The translations under genes were made by a program, and so were the position numbers. 64,000 nt of DNA, taken from Bacteroidota bacterium. GTDB taxonomy: Bacteria > Bacteroidota > Bacteroidia > Flavobacteriales_D > Crocinitomicaceae. This document shows positions 28,429-38,238 of the stretch, piece after piece. The notes under the pieces were generated by a model. That model was not told the DNA's origin. It did not search any database and saw only the letters and a program-made list of their open reading frames with translations. Location: the NCBI GenBank assembly GCA_041168605.1, contig JBEEKN010000004.1:4130-68129 (forward strand). The letters are read 5' to 3'. Every line of letters begins with the position of its first letter. Positions within the stretch are counted from its first letter, which is position 1.

Positions 28429-29349
28429 ATGAAAAAGATCAATAGCATCATTTTGACAATAGGCGCTGTGTTAGTTGGCTTCACCTCACAAGCACAAGAT
28501 CCAAATTACCGTCAAAATCAGTTCAATGCCCTGATGTTGAATCCTGCACAAGCTGGTGCAAACAGTTATAACGACATCTCAACGCTTGCCAATTCACAAT
28601 GGACTGGTTTGCGTGGTGCACCAAAGACAATTACTGTTTCAGGGAATTTCAATATCATGAAAAACTTCGGCTTGGGCGTTTCTTTGCTTCAAGATGAATT
28701 GGGCCCTGTGAAATCTACACAGTTTGCTGTAAATGGCGCTTATCACCTTAAATTGAGCCCGAAATGGCGCTTCTCTTTAGGTATTCGTGCAATGGCATTA
28801 AATACAACAGTAAACCTAACAGATTTGGTTACTACAGTTGGCAATGACCCAGACATGATGAGCAACCTTTCTACAGGTATGCAGTTCAATGCAGGTTACG
28901 GTGCTTTGCTATATCACAAAAACTTCTATTTAGGCTTTTCTCAGGTTCGTGTAGCTGGTTTGAGTTTCAAGGATCGCAACATGACTCTTTTCGTTGAGAA
29001 CCGTGGTGGTTACGTTGGTTATGTAGGAGGAAATGTAAAATTAGGTTCTGCGGTTACATGGCGTCCAAATGTTGTGGGTCGTTACATGCAAGGTTTACCT
29101 TACACAATTGACTGTAACATGATTTTTACACACAAAGTCGGTCTTGATTTCGGTGCTTCTTACCAAGTAAACAGCGCTATTGGCGGCATCGTGGGTTATG
29201 ATTTTGGGAACAAATTTTATGTTGGTTACTCATATACCTTCCCGTTGTCAAATCTCAATACCGTTTCCATTCAGTCGCATGAATTGGCCTTACGCTACAA
29301 GTTCAACAACAGCGCAAGCCGTTGCCAAGGACCTCGCTTTTTCAATTGA
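28429..29349 (+). CDS. PorP/SprF family type IX secretion system membrane protein
   Basis: 306 aa with a signal peptide, then QDPNYRQNQFNALMLNPAQAGAN, the conserved N-terminal signature of the PorP/SprF family (TIGR03519). It lies 22 nt downstream of a type B CTD protein, which is the canonical genetic context. Confidence 0.85.
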   Translation: MKKINSIILTIGAVLVGFTSQAQDPNYRQNQFNALMLNPAQAGANSYNDISTLANSQWTGLRGAPKTITVSGNFNIMKNFGLGVSLLQDELGPVKSTQFAVNGAYHLKLSPKWRFSLGIRAMALNTTVNLTDLVTTVGNDPDMMSNLSTGMQFNAGYGALLYHKNFYLGFSQVRVAGLSFKDRNMTLFVENRGGYVGYVGGNVKLGSAVTWRPNVVGRYMQGLPYTIDCNMIFTHKVGLDFGASYQVNSAIGGIVGYDFGNKFYVGYSYTFPLSNLNTVSIQSHELALRYKFNNSASRCQGPRFFN

Positions 29350-29368
29350 TTTATCTTAACTGAACTCC

Positions 29369-31306
29369 ATGCGTTTTTGGCTCGCAGCTTTTTTCGGAAT
29401 TACGATTACGTCTTTACTTCACGCACAAGGTGTTGAATTAAAATCGGCTTGTTTCAACACGCCGTACGATGACTTTGCGGCCAGACAGTATGGTGGTAAA
29501 ATCTATGTTTTATCGGCAGCAATAAACGCTTGCGATGATGCAGATATGGATGAATTCGCTAAGAAGCCATTTTCAGATTTGTATGTGGTGGATAGTTGTA
29601 AGCTCAAGCAAGCCACTATTCTTAGTGCAAGTGAGAAGTCTGACATGATGTTGAGTACTTGTTACTACGACGGTCCTGTCGCTTCCAACAGCGCTAATGA
29701 TATCCTGTTTTTTACAAATAACCAAGGATCTGACAAAAACCAAACCTTGACCATTCATTATGCAACCAAAAATGCAAAAGGTGAATGGAATGCTCCTGTT
29801 GCTTTTGCATATAACAACGACGCATACAATACCACTCATCCTTTCTTCGATGAAAAAAGCAATACACTTTATTTTGCTTCGGATATGCCTGGAGGTCAAG
29901 GTGGAATGGACATTTATAAGTGCACTTTTCAGAATGGAAAGTTCGGTGCAAAAGAAAGCGTCCGCGGCGTGAATACTGATAAGAATGATGTCTTTCCAGC
30001 TTTGCAGAACGGTAAATTATACTTAAGCTCACAAGGACATCAGTCTACAGGAGGTTATGATTTATTTGTGCTAGAGAACCTTGAGGTTAAATCCATGGGC
30101 GCACCGTTCAACACCGCCTATGATGACCTCGCTATTTTCTTTACTAGTGAGAAGCAAGGATTCATGACTTCTAACCGTGCCACTAACGGTGCAACCGACG
30201 ATATCTATTTATTTACCATCAAAGAAAAATATGTAGATATTCCGCTCGAGTATGTTGTGAAAGACATGCAATTTGGTGCACCAATTGAAGGTGTAGCGGT
30301 TCGTATTGTCGATGATTCTACGGGAATGGTATTGTTTGAAGGTACTACAGATGCATTAGGTGGTCTTGCCCAGCTACTAGATAGCGTTATCATCGGTGAG
30401 AACGTACGCATCAAGGTATCTTTGGATAAAGAAGGATATGCTTCTAAGGAGGTAACTTTCAATATCACAGCAAAAGATTCTACCAAAATCAATGTAAGAG
30501 ACCTCGTCAATCTTGACTTAGAGCCTTTGCTTCAAGATATGGAGATCACAGCGCTTCTTGGCCTACAATCAATTTACTATGATTTCAACAAAGCAGACCT
30601 CAGACCGGATGCCATTATCGAATTGGATAAAGTCGTTCGTTTTATGAACAAACATCCTAAAATTGAGGTGGAGTTAGGTTCACATACTGACTGTCGTGGA
30701 TCAGCTATCTACAATCAAGATTTATCTGATCGCCGTGCTAAGAATGCAGCTACTTATATTCAATCTCGCATTTCAAGTCCAGAACGCATCACTTACAAAG
30801 GTTATGGCGAGGCGCAACTACGTATAGATTGTCCTTGTGAAGGCGGTCAGAAGTCACAGTGTTCTGAACAAGAGAACCAACTCAATCGTCGTACGGAATT
30901 CATCATTCGTGGTTTGAATATCTCAACAGGATCAGATCAAGTCAAACCAAAAGGCGGTGTTCAAGGTGGTAATATGAATTTTAAAGTCGAGGACAGCCCT
31001 AAACCTGATTACCGTTTGGATGGTATTTCAAATGAAAAAGGAGTTCATTTCCGTGTTCAAGTTGAATCTACAAAAGTTCAAATTCCGAATCCAACAGTCT
31101 ACTACAACCGCGAAGATGTCTATGAATATGAATTAGAGGGCTATTTCAAATATTGTTTAGGTATGACAGTGAAGACTATAGATGAAGCGATCGCTTTGCA
31201 AAACCAATTGCGCAATGCTGGTTTTACAGGTGCATTTGTCGTTGCCTTCAACGACAGAACCCGTATTACTTTAGACATCGCAAGAAAGTTGTTATTGGGT
31301 CAATAA
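29369..31306 (+). CDS. OmpA family protein with PorE-like architecture (TolB-type beta-propeller repeats, carboxypeptidase-regulatory-like domain, OmpA_C peptidoglycan-binding domain, SPOR-like tail)
   Basis: 645 aa with a signal peptide. PD40-like repeats are present (LYFASDMPGGQGGMDIYKC). OmpA_C core: IYYDFNKADLRPDAIIELDKVVRFMNKHPKIEVELGSHTDCRGSAIYNQDLSDRRAKNAATYI...NRRTEFII. The C-terminal segment HFRVQVES...GFTGAFVVAFNDRTRI is SPOR-like. Confidence 0.8.
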   Translation: MRFWLAAFFGITITSLLHAQGVELKSACFNTPYDDFAARQYGGKIYVLSAAINACDDADMDEFAKKPFSDLYVVDSCKLKQATILSASEKSDMMLSTCYYDGPVASNSANDILFFTNNQGSDKNQTLTIHYATKNAKGEWNAPVAFAYNNDAYNTTHPFFDEKSNTLYFASDMPGGQGGMDIYKCTFQNGKFGAKESVRGVNTDKNDVFPALQNGKLYLSSQGHQSTGGYDLFVLENLEVKSMGAPFNTAYDDLAIFFTSEKQGFMTSNRATNGATDDIYLFTIKEKYVDIPLEYVVKDMQFGAPIEGVAVRIVDDSTGMVLFEGTTDALGGLAQLLDSVIIGENVRIKVSLDKEGYASKEVTFNITAKDSTKINVRDLVNLDLEPLLQDMEITALLGLQSIYYDFNKADLRPDAIIELDKVVRFMNKHPKIEVELGSHTDCRGSAIYNQDLSDRRAKNAATYIQSRISSPERITYKGYGEAQLRIDCPCEGGQKSQCSEQENQLNRRTEFIIRGLNISTGSDQVKPKGGVQGGNMNFKVEDSPKPDYRLDGISNEKGVHFRVQVESTKVQIPNPTVYYNREDVYEYELEGYFKYCLGMTVKTIDEAIALQNQLRNAGFTGAFVVAFNDRTRITLDIARKLLLGQ

Positions 31307-31316
31307 TCTTGGCGTC

Positions 31317-32447
31317 ATGTTGCATTCCAAGCTCCCAAATGTCGGGACAACCATCTTCACCACCATGTCTGCATTGGCTGTCAAGTATAATGCCATCAAT
31401 CTAGCGCAAGGCTTTCCCAACTTTGCTATAGATGCTCAATTACAGAATTGCTTAATAGAAGCAGCGAACGCAAATGCGCATCAATATGCGCCTATGGCGG
31501 GATTACTCACCTTGCGTGAACAGATTGCTGCGTTAGTCGAAAAGCAATACAAAAGATTGCTCGATCCAGAGCAAGTACTGATCACTGCGGGCGCTACACA
31601 AGCTATTTTTACGACCATACAAGCGCTTGTGCATGCCGGAGAAGAGGTAGTTATACTCGACCCAAGTTACGACTGCTACGAAGCACCTATTATATTAGCT
31701 GGCGCGCAGCCAAAACGCATTCCGTTGGCAGCTGATTTCAAGCCTAACTGGAAACGTATTGCGGCGGCCATTACGCCGAAAACTAAAATGCTCATCACCA
31801 ATAATCCACACAATCCGAGCGGTACAATTTGGGATGAGCAAGATTTTCAGGCTTTGGAAGCTTTGCTGCAAGCGCATCCGCAATTGTTGTTACTTTCTGA
31901 TGAAGTATATGAATATATTTCATTTGAAGACCAATTTAAATCTATCAATGCGTATCCGAACATTCGAGAACGCGCCATCATTGTTTCTTCCTTTGGCAAA
32001 ACTTTTCATATTACCGGTTGGAAGGTAGGATACTTGATTTGTAGTACAGAACTCATGAGAGAAATCCATAAAGTGCACCAATTTCTTGTTTTTAGTGTGA
32101 ATAGCATTGCTCAACATGCCTTATCGGCCTATTTGGATCGGATAGATGTCTCTTTGCTTGGCGCATTTTACCAAGAAAAACGCGATTTTTTTCGGGCATG
32201 CTTGCTCAAAAGCCGTTTTGAATTGCTTCCTGCGCAAGGTAGTTATTTTCAAGTGGCTTCTTTTGCCAACATCTCAGATCTTCCGGATACACGCTTTTGT
32301 GAAGAATTGACCATTCAACATGGCGTGGCGGCAATTCCGCTTTCCGTATTTAATGAGAATGGAGAAGACCGCAAATTGATTCGCTTTTGCTATGCAAAGA
32401 CGACAGAAACATTAGCAGCTGCAAGCGAGCGTTTATGCAAGATTTAA
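31317..32447 (+). CDS. PLP-dependent aminotransferase, YbdL/glutamine transaminase K-like (methionine aminotransferase)
   Basis: 376 aa. The N-terminus SKLPNVGTTIFTTMSALAVKYNAINLAQGFPNF and the PLP-lysine motif SSFGKTFHITGWKVGY are typical of class I aminotransferases of the YbdL group. Confidence 0.8.
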   Translation: MLHSKLPNVGTTIFTTMSALAVKYNAINLAQGFPNFAIDAQLQNCLIEAANANAHQYAPMAGLLTLREQIAALVEKQYKRLLDPEQVLITAGATQAIFTTIQALVHAGEEVVILDPSYDCYEAPIILAGAQPKRIPLAADFKPNWKRIAAAITPKTKMLITNNPHNPSGTIWDEQDFQALEALLQAHPQLLLLSDEVYEYISFEDQFKSINAYPNIRERAIIVSSFGKTFHITGWKVGYLICSTELMREIHKVHQFLVFSVNSIAQHALSAYLDRIDVSLLGAFYQEKRDFFRACLLKSRFELLPAQGSYFQVASFANISDLPDTRFCEELTIQHGVAAIPLSVFNENGEDRKLIRFCYAKTTETLAAASERLCKI

Positions 32448-33205
32448 GAGTAGGCATATTGCAATTGGATCAAGTTTGGCAAGACAAAACTGTCAATTAT
32501 GAGCGCATATCAGGTTTATTAGCAACACTTCAGCAAATTGATTTACTGCTTTTGCCTGAAATGTTTCATACCGGTTTTTCAATGGATGTCAGATTTGCAG
32601 ACGATTGGCAAGCATCAGAAGGGCTTCAATTTTTGAAGGAATTAGCGGGACGTCATCAGATGGCTATTTATACATCTTTAATGGTAAAGGCTGGTGGCAA
32701 GTATTTCAATAGAGGGGTATTTGTGTATCCAAATGGTCAGGTCAAGACCTATGACAAGCGGAAAGCTTTTGGCTTGGGAGGAGAAGATCAATATTTTAGT
32801 TCAGGTAAAAATGAAGTCATTGTAAGCTACCTTGGTTGGAATTTGAATCTACAAATCTGTTATGATTTGCGCTTTCCAGAACTTATACGCAATCGGGTGA
32901 ATAAAGCCGGCGCAGCAGCTTATGACATACTTTTAAATATTGCCAATTGGCCTAAAAAGCGAATTGCGCATTGGGATGCATTGGTTCAAGCACGCGCAAT
33001 TGAGAATCAGTGCTATTTTATTGGTTGCAATCGGGTGGGTCAAGATGGCAGTAACCTTATTTACAACGGGCATAGCCAAGCTGTTGATTTGTTGGGCAAT
33101 TATTTACTTACGCCCCACGAACAAGAAGGTTTGAACGTTGTTATTTGTTCGGTATCAAACCTCAAGGAAGGCCGAATTTCATTGCCTTTTTTGAAGGACG
33201 CATAG
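32435..33205 (+). CDS. Carbon-nitrogen hydrolase family amidohydrolase, YafV/omega-amidase-like
   Basis: The ATG at 32435 gives MQDLRVGILQLDQVW... The catalytic context LLLLPEMFHTGF (Glu), KRKAFG (Lys) and LNLQICYDLRFPE (Cys) forms the nitrilase-superfamily E-K-C triad. It overlaps the aminotransferase stop by 13 nt. Confidence 0.8.
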   Translation: MQDLRVGILQLDQVWQDKTVNYERISGLLATLQQIDLLLLPEMFHTGFSMDVRFADDWQASEGLQFLKELAGRHQMAIYTSLMVKAGGKYFNRGVFVYPNGQVKTYDKRKAFGLGGEDQYFSSGKNEVIVSYLGWNLNLQICYDLRFPELIRNRVNKAGAAAYDILLNIANWPKKRIAHWDALVQARAIENQCYFIGCNRVGQDGSNLIYNGHSQAVDLLGNYLLTPHEQEGLNVVICSVSNLKEGRISLPFLKDA

Positions 33206-33238
33206 AAATCACTATATTTATTACCTAATTACACAAAA

Positions 33239-35059
33239 ATGAAAAAACTAATACTCTTCGTAAGCGCACTTGCTTCTGTAGCTTATGCTCAAAAGGCACC
33301 GCGCATCCAGACTTTCCAAGAATTGGTAAAGGCGCCCAAAGTAGCAACTGAGGCTGCAGCCGATGAAAAAATCCTTGGTGTTACCCTTTGGTCTGACGAC
33401 TTCTCTAACCCAGCCAACTGGACACTCGACAATTCTGGACAGAGCGGTATTGAGTTTGGTTGGAATATCAACAATAACAACGATGGTTGGTGGGCAACAA
33501 GTGGCATTGCTTCTACATCAGGCGGCAATTGTGCCGAGCTTGTAAATGGTGACCCAACAGCTTCTCCAGCTACACAAGCTTTGAATGTTGTTTACACCCT
33601 TACTTCTGCACAACCTATAGATATCGCCAACTTAGGTGGTAGCAACCAAGTTTCTTTGCAATTCCAACAATACGGAGCGCGTTTCAACGACCTTCAAGAA
33701 ATGCAAATTTCTACAGATGGCACTACTTGGGTTACTGTTGGTAACAACCAAGACAAACCAGTATTGTCTTCTGCTGGTGGTTCTGCTTATGCCAATCCAG
33801 ATACCAAAATCATTAACCTTGCTACCTTCTTGACGGCTACACCAAGCCCAATCTGGGTACGTTTCTCTTGGACAACAGGTTTCCCTGCTTCAGCAGCAAA
33901 TGCAAACGTATGGGTTACTTATGGTTGGTACATCGACGACGTCAAAATCGTAACTAATCCAACTAACGACCTTTCTGTTACCTCTACTTTCTGGGGTACA
34001 GCAGGTTTGCCATATTTCCAAATTCCTGATGAGCAAGTCACTGAAATCGGTTTTGCGGCAGACGTATTTAACGGTGGTGTCAATACACAAACCAACGTGA
34101 AATTGAACATCGACGCAAACAACGGCGCTTGGACAGGCTCTTCAACAGCAGCAAGCATCAACTCTTTAGATACTGCAGCTATCGAGCTCACTACTTTTTA
34201 CACGCCGCCTGCAACGCCAGGTAACATCTCTATTACGCGCAGCATCACTGCAGATTCAACAGACGACATCCCTGCAAATAACGTGATGTCTAACATCGAT
34301 TTCGCTGTAACAGACTTCATCTATGCACGCGACAACGGAACGCCATCAGGAAGTACTTCAAATGGTACAGATGGTTTTGAATCGGGTAACCTTTTTGACA
34401 TTTTCCAAGATGCAACCCTCAAAGCAATCAACGTGCGTTTGCCAGGTGGTGCTTCTGGAGCAACAGTTGGAACTGAAATTTTTGTGAAATTGTATTCAGT
34501 AGACGCCACTACCGGTGACTTCGTTTTTGAATCAGAATCTGCACCACTTGTATTGGCTGCCAACAACCTCAACGTAAACATGGTTATGGAACTCAACCCA
34601 TACGTAGATGTATTTGCCGGCACAACATATTTAGCTGTTGTAGGTGCTTATTCTGCTGGTTTGCGTGTTTCAAACGCAGGTAAGTCTGAACCACAAACTA
34701 CATTCTTCTTAGACATGGCAGACAACACTTGGTACTACTCTACCAACACGCCAATGGTCCGCATGAACTTCGATCCAATTTTGAATGTAACTGAGCAAAC
34801 AGAATTGAGCCAAGCAGTTGTGATGCCAAACCCAACAGCTGCCAATGCTGCTTTGCGTTTTGACTTGAAAAACACAAGCGATGTAAGTATCGTTGTAACT
34901 GACATTACTGGAAAAGTGATGCAAACCAATGCACTTGCACAATTGACTGCTGGTGCACAAGAAGTATCTTTAGCTTCAGAACAGTGGGCTGCAGGCATTT
35001 ACACGGTTAGCATTACTTCTAACGGTAGCACACTTACTAAGAAATTTGTGAAGCGTTAA
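33239..35059 (+). CDS. Secreted T9SS cargo protein of unknown function (type A CTD)
   Basis: 606 aa with signal peptide MKKLILFVSALASVAYAQ. C-terminus MPNPTAANAALRFDLKN...GIYTVSITSNGSTLTKKFVKR matches the type A sorting domain. Confidence 0.8.
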   Translation: MKKLILFVSALASVAYAQKAPRIQTFQELVKAPKVATEAAADEKILGVTLWSDDFSNPANWTLDNSGQSGIEFGWNINNNNDGWWATSGIASTSGGNCAELVNGDPTASPATQALNVVYTLTSAQPIDIANLGGSNQVSLQFQQYGARFNDLQEMQISTDGTTWVTVGNNQDKPVLSSAGGSAYANPDTKIINLATFLTATPSPIWVRFSWTTGFPASAANANVWVTYGWYIDDVKIVTNPTNDLSVTSTFWGTAGLPYFQIPDEQVTEIGFAADVFNGGVNTQTNVKLNIDANNGAWTGSSTAASINSLDTAAIELTTFYTPPATPGNISITRSITADSTDDIPANNVMSNIDFAVTDFIYARDNGTPSGSTSNGTDGFESGNLFDIFQDATLKAINVRLPGGASGATVGTEIFVKLYSVDATTGDFVFESESAPLVLAANNLNVNMVMELNPYVDVFAGTTYLAVVGAYSAGLRVSNAGKSEPQTTFFLDMADNTWYYSTNTPMVRMNFDPILNVTEQTELSQAVVMPNPTAANAALRFDLKNTSDVSIVVTDITGKVMQTNALAQLTAGAQEVSLASEQWAAGIYTVSITSNGSTLTKKFVKR

Positions 35060-35079
35060 TTGCTTTCGCATTAAATTTG

Positions 35080-35104
35080 AAAAGCCGGGCAACCGGCTTT
35101 TTTT
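35080..35104 (+). terminator. Rho-independent terminator
   Basis: aaaagccgg-gcaa-ccggcttttttt: a hairpin plus T-tract 21 nt after the stop codon at 35059. Confidence 0.75.
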
Positions 35105-35110
35105 GTACTT

Positions 35111-35539
35111 ATGAGTTTTGAATACGGATATCTTGGCTTGTTTTTAGCTAGCTTTTTAGCAGCTACCATATTGCCTGTGGCTTCAGAAATATTCCTGACA
35201 ACAATGCTCTTTATGGGTTTTGAGCCCTGGACCTGCATTATTGTAGCTACTGCTGGCAATACATCCGGAGCTTGGCTGAATTATGGCATCGGTTATTTAG
35301 GCAAACCTGCTTGGCTTCAAAAATTAGGCGCAAAACCAGAAGCAATTGAGCGCTGGCATGTAAAAATACATCGTTACGGGAGTTGGATGGCGCTGCTGTG
35401 TTGGCTTCCTTTGATAGGCGATATCATTGGCATCGCTTTAGGTTTTTTTCGCGCGCCATGGCTACCCACGTTTATCCTGATGGGTGTTGGAAAGTTGTTT
35501 CGCTACCTTTTGGTGTGGGCGGGTTATTATTTTTGGTAA
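35111..35539 (+). CDS. YqaA/DedA-like small inner membrane protein
   Basis: 142 aa with four predicted hydrophobic helices. The N-terminus YGYLGLFLASFLAATILPVASEIFL resembles the YqaA family. Confidence 0.6.
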   Translation: MSFEYGYLGLFLASFLAATILPVASEIFLTTMLFMGFEPWTCIIVATAGNTSGAWLNYGIGYLGKPAWLQKLGAKPEAIERWHVKIHRYGSWMALLCWLPLIGDIIGIALGFFRAPWLPTFILMGVGKLFRYLLVWAGYYFW

Positions 35540-37005
35540 CCTTTAAGGTATTCCAAAAACGGATCGCGCTGCTCAATGATGTCTTCTCTGGTGGCCTTGA
35601 TGAGTACATCAGGGTCTATAGCCGAAAGGATGCGTTCTTGTATATGAAATGGCGTAAATTTCAAGGTGGCTACCATGACATCCATATGCGCATGTTTCAA
35701 AGTGATAATAGCCGGATTTCCGAAAGTACCACCCATGCCGCCCATACATGGCGTTCCTAGAATTTGGCCCCGCTCGATGTACTTGAACCACGCAGCAAAC
35801 AAAACTGATGCAGACATCGAATTGCCGTTCAAAACCAGATCACAAGTCCCTTTAAAGACATAATTGCGGTCGTTTTCGGGAAGGTAGTCGTACAAAATAG
35901 TTTTAGTGGCTCCTTTTGGCAATTTGTAGAAATCATATTCTTTTGAAATGAGGCCGTTGGGATATACATTTTTAGCGCGGTTTTCAAATTGCATTTGTTG
36001 CATCGGGCTTAAAAGTGCAAAACGGTCGTAATTGCTGCGTTTGTAGAGGTAATTTGTTTTGATAGAAGCTTGCTTGGTATTGATATAGCTAAAGAGGTAT
36101 TCCTCGGCGCGCAAGAGCCCACCCAGGTTGTTGCGAAGGTCAATATAAATAGCAGTACAGCGGCGATTTTGTACTTCTTCAAAGAATTCATCGATTTGCT
36201 TTTTATAGATGTTAAGCGAAAGCGGCTGAAAGGATTCCACAACCAAGATGCCATTATTGTTTTCATCGAAAGAATAGCGCACTTCCTCTTCTTGACTACT
36301 GAATAGGCCAGCCAAAAAGTATTTCCATGAGGTGCTAAATGCAATATCTTTTTGGAGGGTATCCCCTGCAGGGCTAACCATTTGAACTTTGGCGCTTTTG
36401 GCTTGCCTCAAATTCATGGAGAGTAAATTGTAGACCACACTGATGTATTCGCTGGCCACTTCTTCTTTCGCAGCCGTGGCATCACCTTCACTCAAACTCA
36501 GCGCCAAGGCGTAGTTATACAATTGTTTGACGCTAAATGAATCGATCTGTAAGAGTTCAGCACCAATAATGAAGTCTGGGCTGAAGGCACCGCTGACGTA
36601 AAATTTATCGCTGACCATTTCAACAAAGAAGGGCAATACTTTTCGCTGGCCATTGACTTCGTATAGAAATTGTTTAGGGTTGATACCTGTATGTGAATCT
36701 TTGAGCGCAAACAAATAGGTATTCACCACCAATGAGAATTCAAAGACACTTAAGGGTTTCTCGACTTGAGCTTTGGCTGCGTCGTAAGCTTCGCTGAGGT
36801 CAGTGAGACTGCCGTAGTATGTGGGGTTTGGATGCGTTTCTAAGATATGCTTGTGCAGCTGCGCTAAATCTGCTTGCATGGCTTCTGGGCACAAATAGGT
36901 ATGTGCGGCAAGTTCTTTTTTGGGATGAAAAGTACTTTGGCATGGCTGCGCAAAGCCAATGAATTGAAGCAGGAAAAAAATCGAAAAAGAAGTCCAATGA
37001 CGCAT
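35527..37005 (-). CDS. S41 family peptidase (secreted)
   Basis: The ATG at 37005 gives MRHWTSFSIFFLLQFIGFAQ (the track start at 37011 is TTG). S41-like motifs are IYIDLRNNLGGLL and LVLNGNSMSASVLFAAWFK. Confidence 0.65.
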   Translation of the reverse strand: MRHWTSFSIFFLLQFIGFAQPCQSTFHPKKELAAHTYLCPEAMQADLAQLHKHILETHPNPTYYGSLTDLSEAYDAAKAQVEKPLSVFEFSLVVNTYLFALKDSHTGINPKQFLYEVNGQRKVLPFFVEMVSDKFYVSGAFSPDFIIGAELLQIDSFSVKQLYNYALALSLSEGDATAAKEEVASEYISVVYNLLSMNLRQAKSAKVQMVSPAGDTLQKDIAFSTSWKYFLAGLFSSQEEEVRYSFDENNNGILVVESFQPLSLNIYKKQIDEFFEEVQNRRCTAIYIDLRNNLGGLLRAEEYLFSYINTKQASIKTNYLYKRSNYDRFALLSPMQQMQFENRAKNVYPNGLISKEYDFYKLPKGATKTILYDYLPENDRNYVFKGTCDLVLNGNSMSASVLFAAWFKYIERGQILGTPCMGGMGGTFGNPAIITLKHAHMDVMVATLKFTPFHIQERILSAIDPDVLIKATREDIIEQRDPFLEYLKGYQK

Positions 37006-37027
37006 GCGCAAGTCTACGAGATTGTTT

Positions 37028-37035
37028 TAAATTTG
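37028..37035 (+). promoter_or_regulatory. -7 promoter box TAnnTTTG (taaatttg), 7 nt before the ATG at 37043
   Basis: Exact match in a divergent intergenic region. The spacing implies a leaderless or near-leaderless transcript. Confidence 0.4.
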
Positions 37036-37042
37036 TTCAACA

Positions 37043-37309
37043 ATGAGTCTTATAAAATTAAGCATTTCTTTTCTTGCGGCAGCAGCACTCCTTTCGGCTT
37101 GTTCTCAGCCCGATTCAGCACAATGCGCCTGCCTCAAGCAAGCACAAAAAGTCAATCGCCTCACGGAGGTCATATGGTCTGCAAACGCAACACACCAAGA
37201 CTCCATTTTATTGAAACGAGCGCTTGAAAAAAAGCAGGCCGCATGTAAAGCATTGCAAGAAAGCGCACCTGAAGCACTGCAAAATCTCAAAGAAATATGT
37301 CCACAGTAA
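37043..37309 (+). CDS. Small hypothetical lipoprotein
   Basis: 88 aa with a lipobox, MSLIKLSISFLAAAALLSAC. No recognisable domain. Confidence 0.5.
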   Translation: MSLIKLSISFLAAAALLSACSQPDSAQCACLKQAQKVNRLTEVIWSANATHQDSILLKRALEKKQAACKALQESAPEALQNLKEICPQ

Positions 37310-38205
37310 GAGACGACATGCCAACCGTGCTCATTGCGGGCGGCTCAGGCCTCATTGGCGGCCATTTAACGCGTCATTTCAAAGACCGCGGCTATAGAGT
37401 CTACAAACTCACTAGAAAACCCAAAAAACACGGCCAAATCTATTGGGATCCAGAGCGTGGGAAAATCAACACCAGCAAATTGGCTAAGGTCGATATTTTG
37501 ATTAATCTAGCTGGAGAGAACATCGGCTCAAAGCGTTGGACGACCGCACGAAAGGCACAAATTCTCACTTCTCGGGTGCAGAGCACCGAATTTTTAGCCT
37601 CGGTCATCCCGCAAATGACCAACCTCAAATATTATATTGGGGCTTCTGGCGTCAATTGTTATGAAAACAACCCCGATCAAGTTTTCGAAGAAGACGCGCC
37701 ATACGGAGCTGATTTCTTGGCTACTGTTGTCAAAGACTGGGAGCGCGCACATCAGCAGGTTTTGCAACAAGTGCCAGGCGCCATTTTGCGCATTTCAATG
37801 GTTTTGTCAAGACACGGCGGTTCTTTACACCTCATGAAACAACCCATTTATTGGGGAGTAGGCGCAGCTGTTGGCCCTGGAACGCAAAGCAGTCCTTGGG
37901 TCCATATCGATGATTTATGTCGTTTGGTTTTATTTGCTTATGATCAGCGTATAGAAGGAACTTACAATGTGCTCGGGGCAAATTCTACCAATAAAGAAAT
38001 GACAACACGCTTGGCCAAATGGTTGAAAAGACCACTTTTCTTGCCGAATATCCCCGCTTTCTTTTTGCGCTTTTTGCTTGGCGAACGGGCTGTTTTAGTC
38101 TTAGCTGATCTCAAGGCGAGCAACGAAAAAATCAAAAATACCGGTTTTACCTTCAAATATTCCACCCTAGACGCAGCCTTTAAGTCCTTCTTTAAGAAGC
38201 CTTAA
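37297..38205 (+). CDS. TIGR01777 (YfcH-like) epimerase family protein, NAD(P)-binding with DUF1731 C-terminus
   Basis: Rossmann motif VLIAGGSGLIGGHL. The C-terminal GFTFKYSTLDAAFKSF resembles the DUF1731 end of YfcH. An alternative ATG lies at 37318. Confidence 0.7.
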   Translation: MSTVRDDMPTVLIAGGSGLIGGHLTRHFKDRGYRVYKLTRKPKKHGQIYWDPERGKINTSKLAKVDILINLAGENIGSKRWTTARKAQILTSRVQSTEFLASVIPQMTNLKYYIGASGVNCYENNPDQVFEEDAPYGADFLATVVKDWERAHQQVLQQVPGAILRISMVLSRHGGSLHLMKQPIYWGVGAAVGPGTQSSPWVHIDDLCRLVLFAYDQRIEGTYNVLGANSTNKEMTTRLAKWLKRPLFLPNIPAFFLRFLLGERAVLVLADLKASNEKIKNTGFTFKYSTLDAAFKSFFKKP

Positions 38206-38238
38206 CGCTGAGTTTATGCCAACTTGGCCAACGACCTT

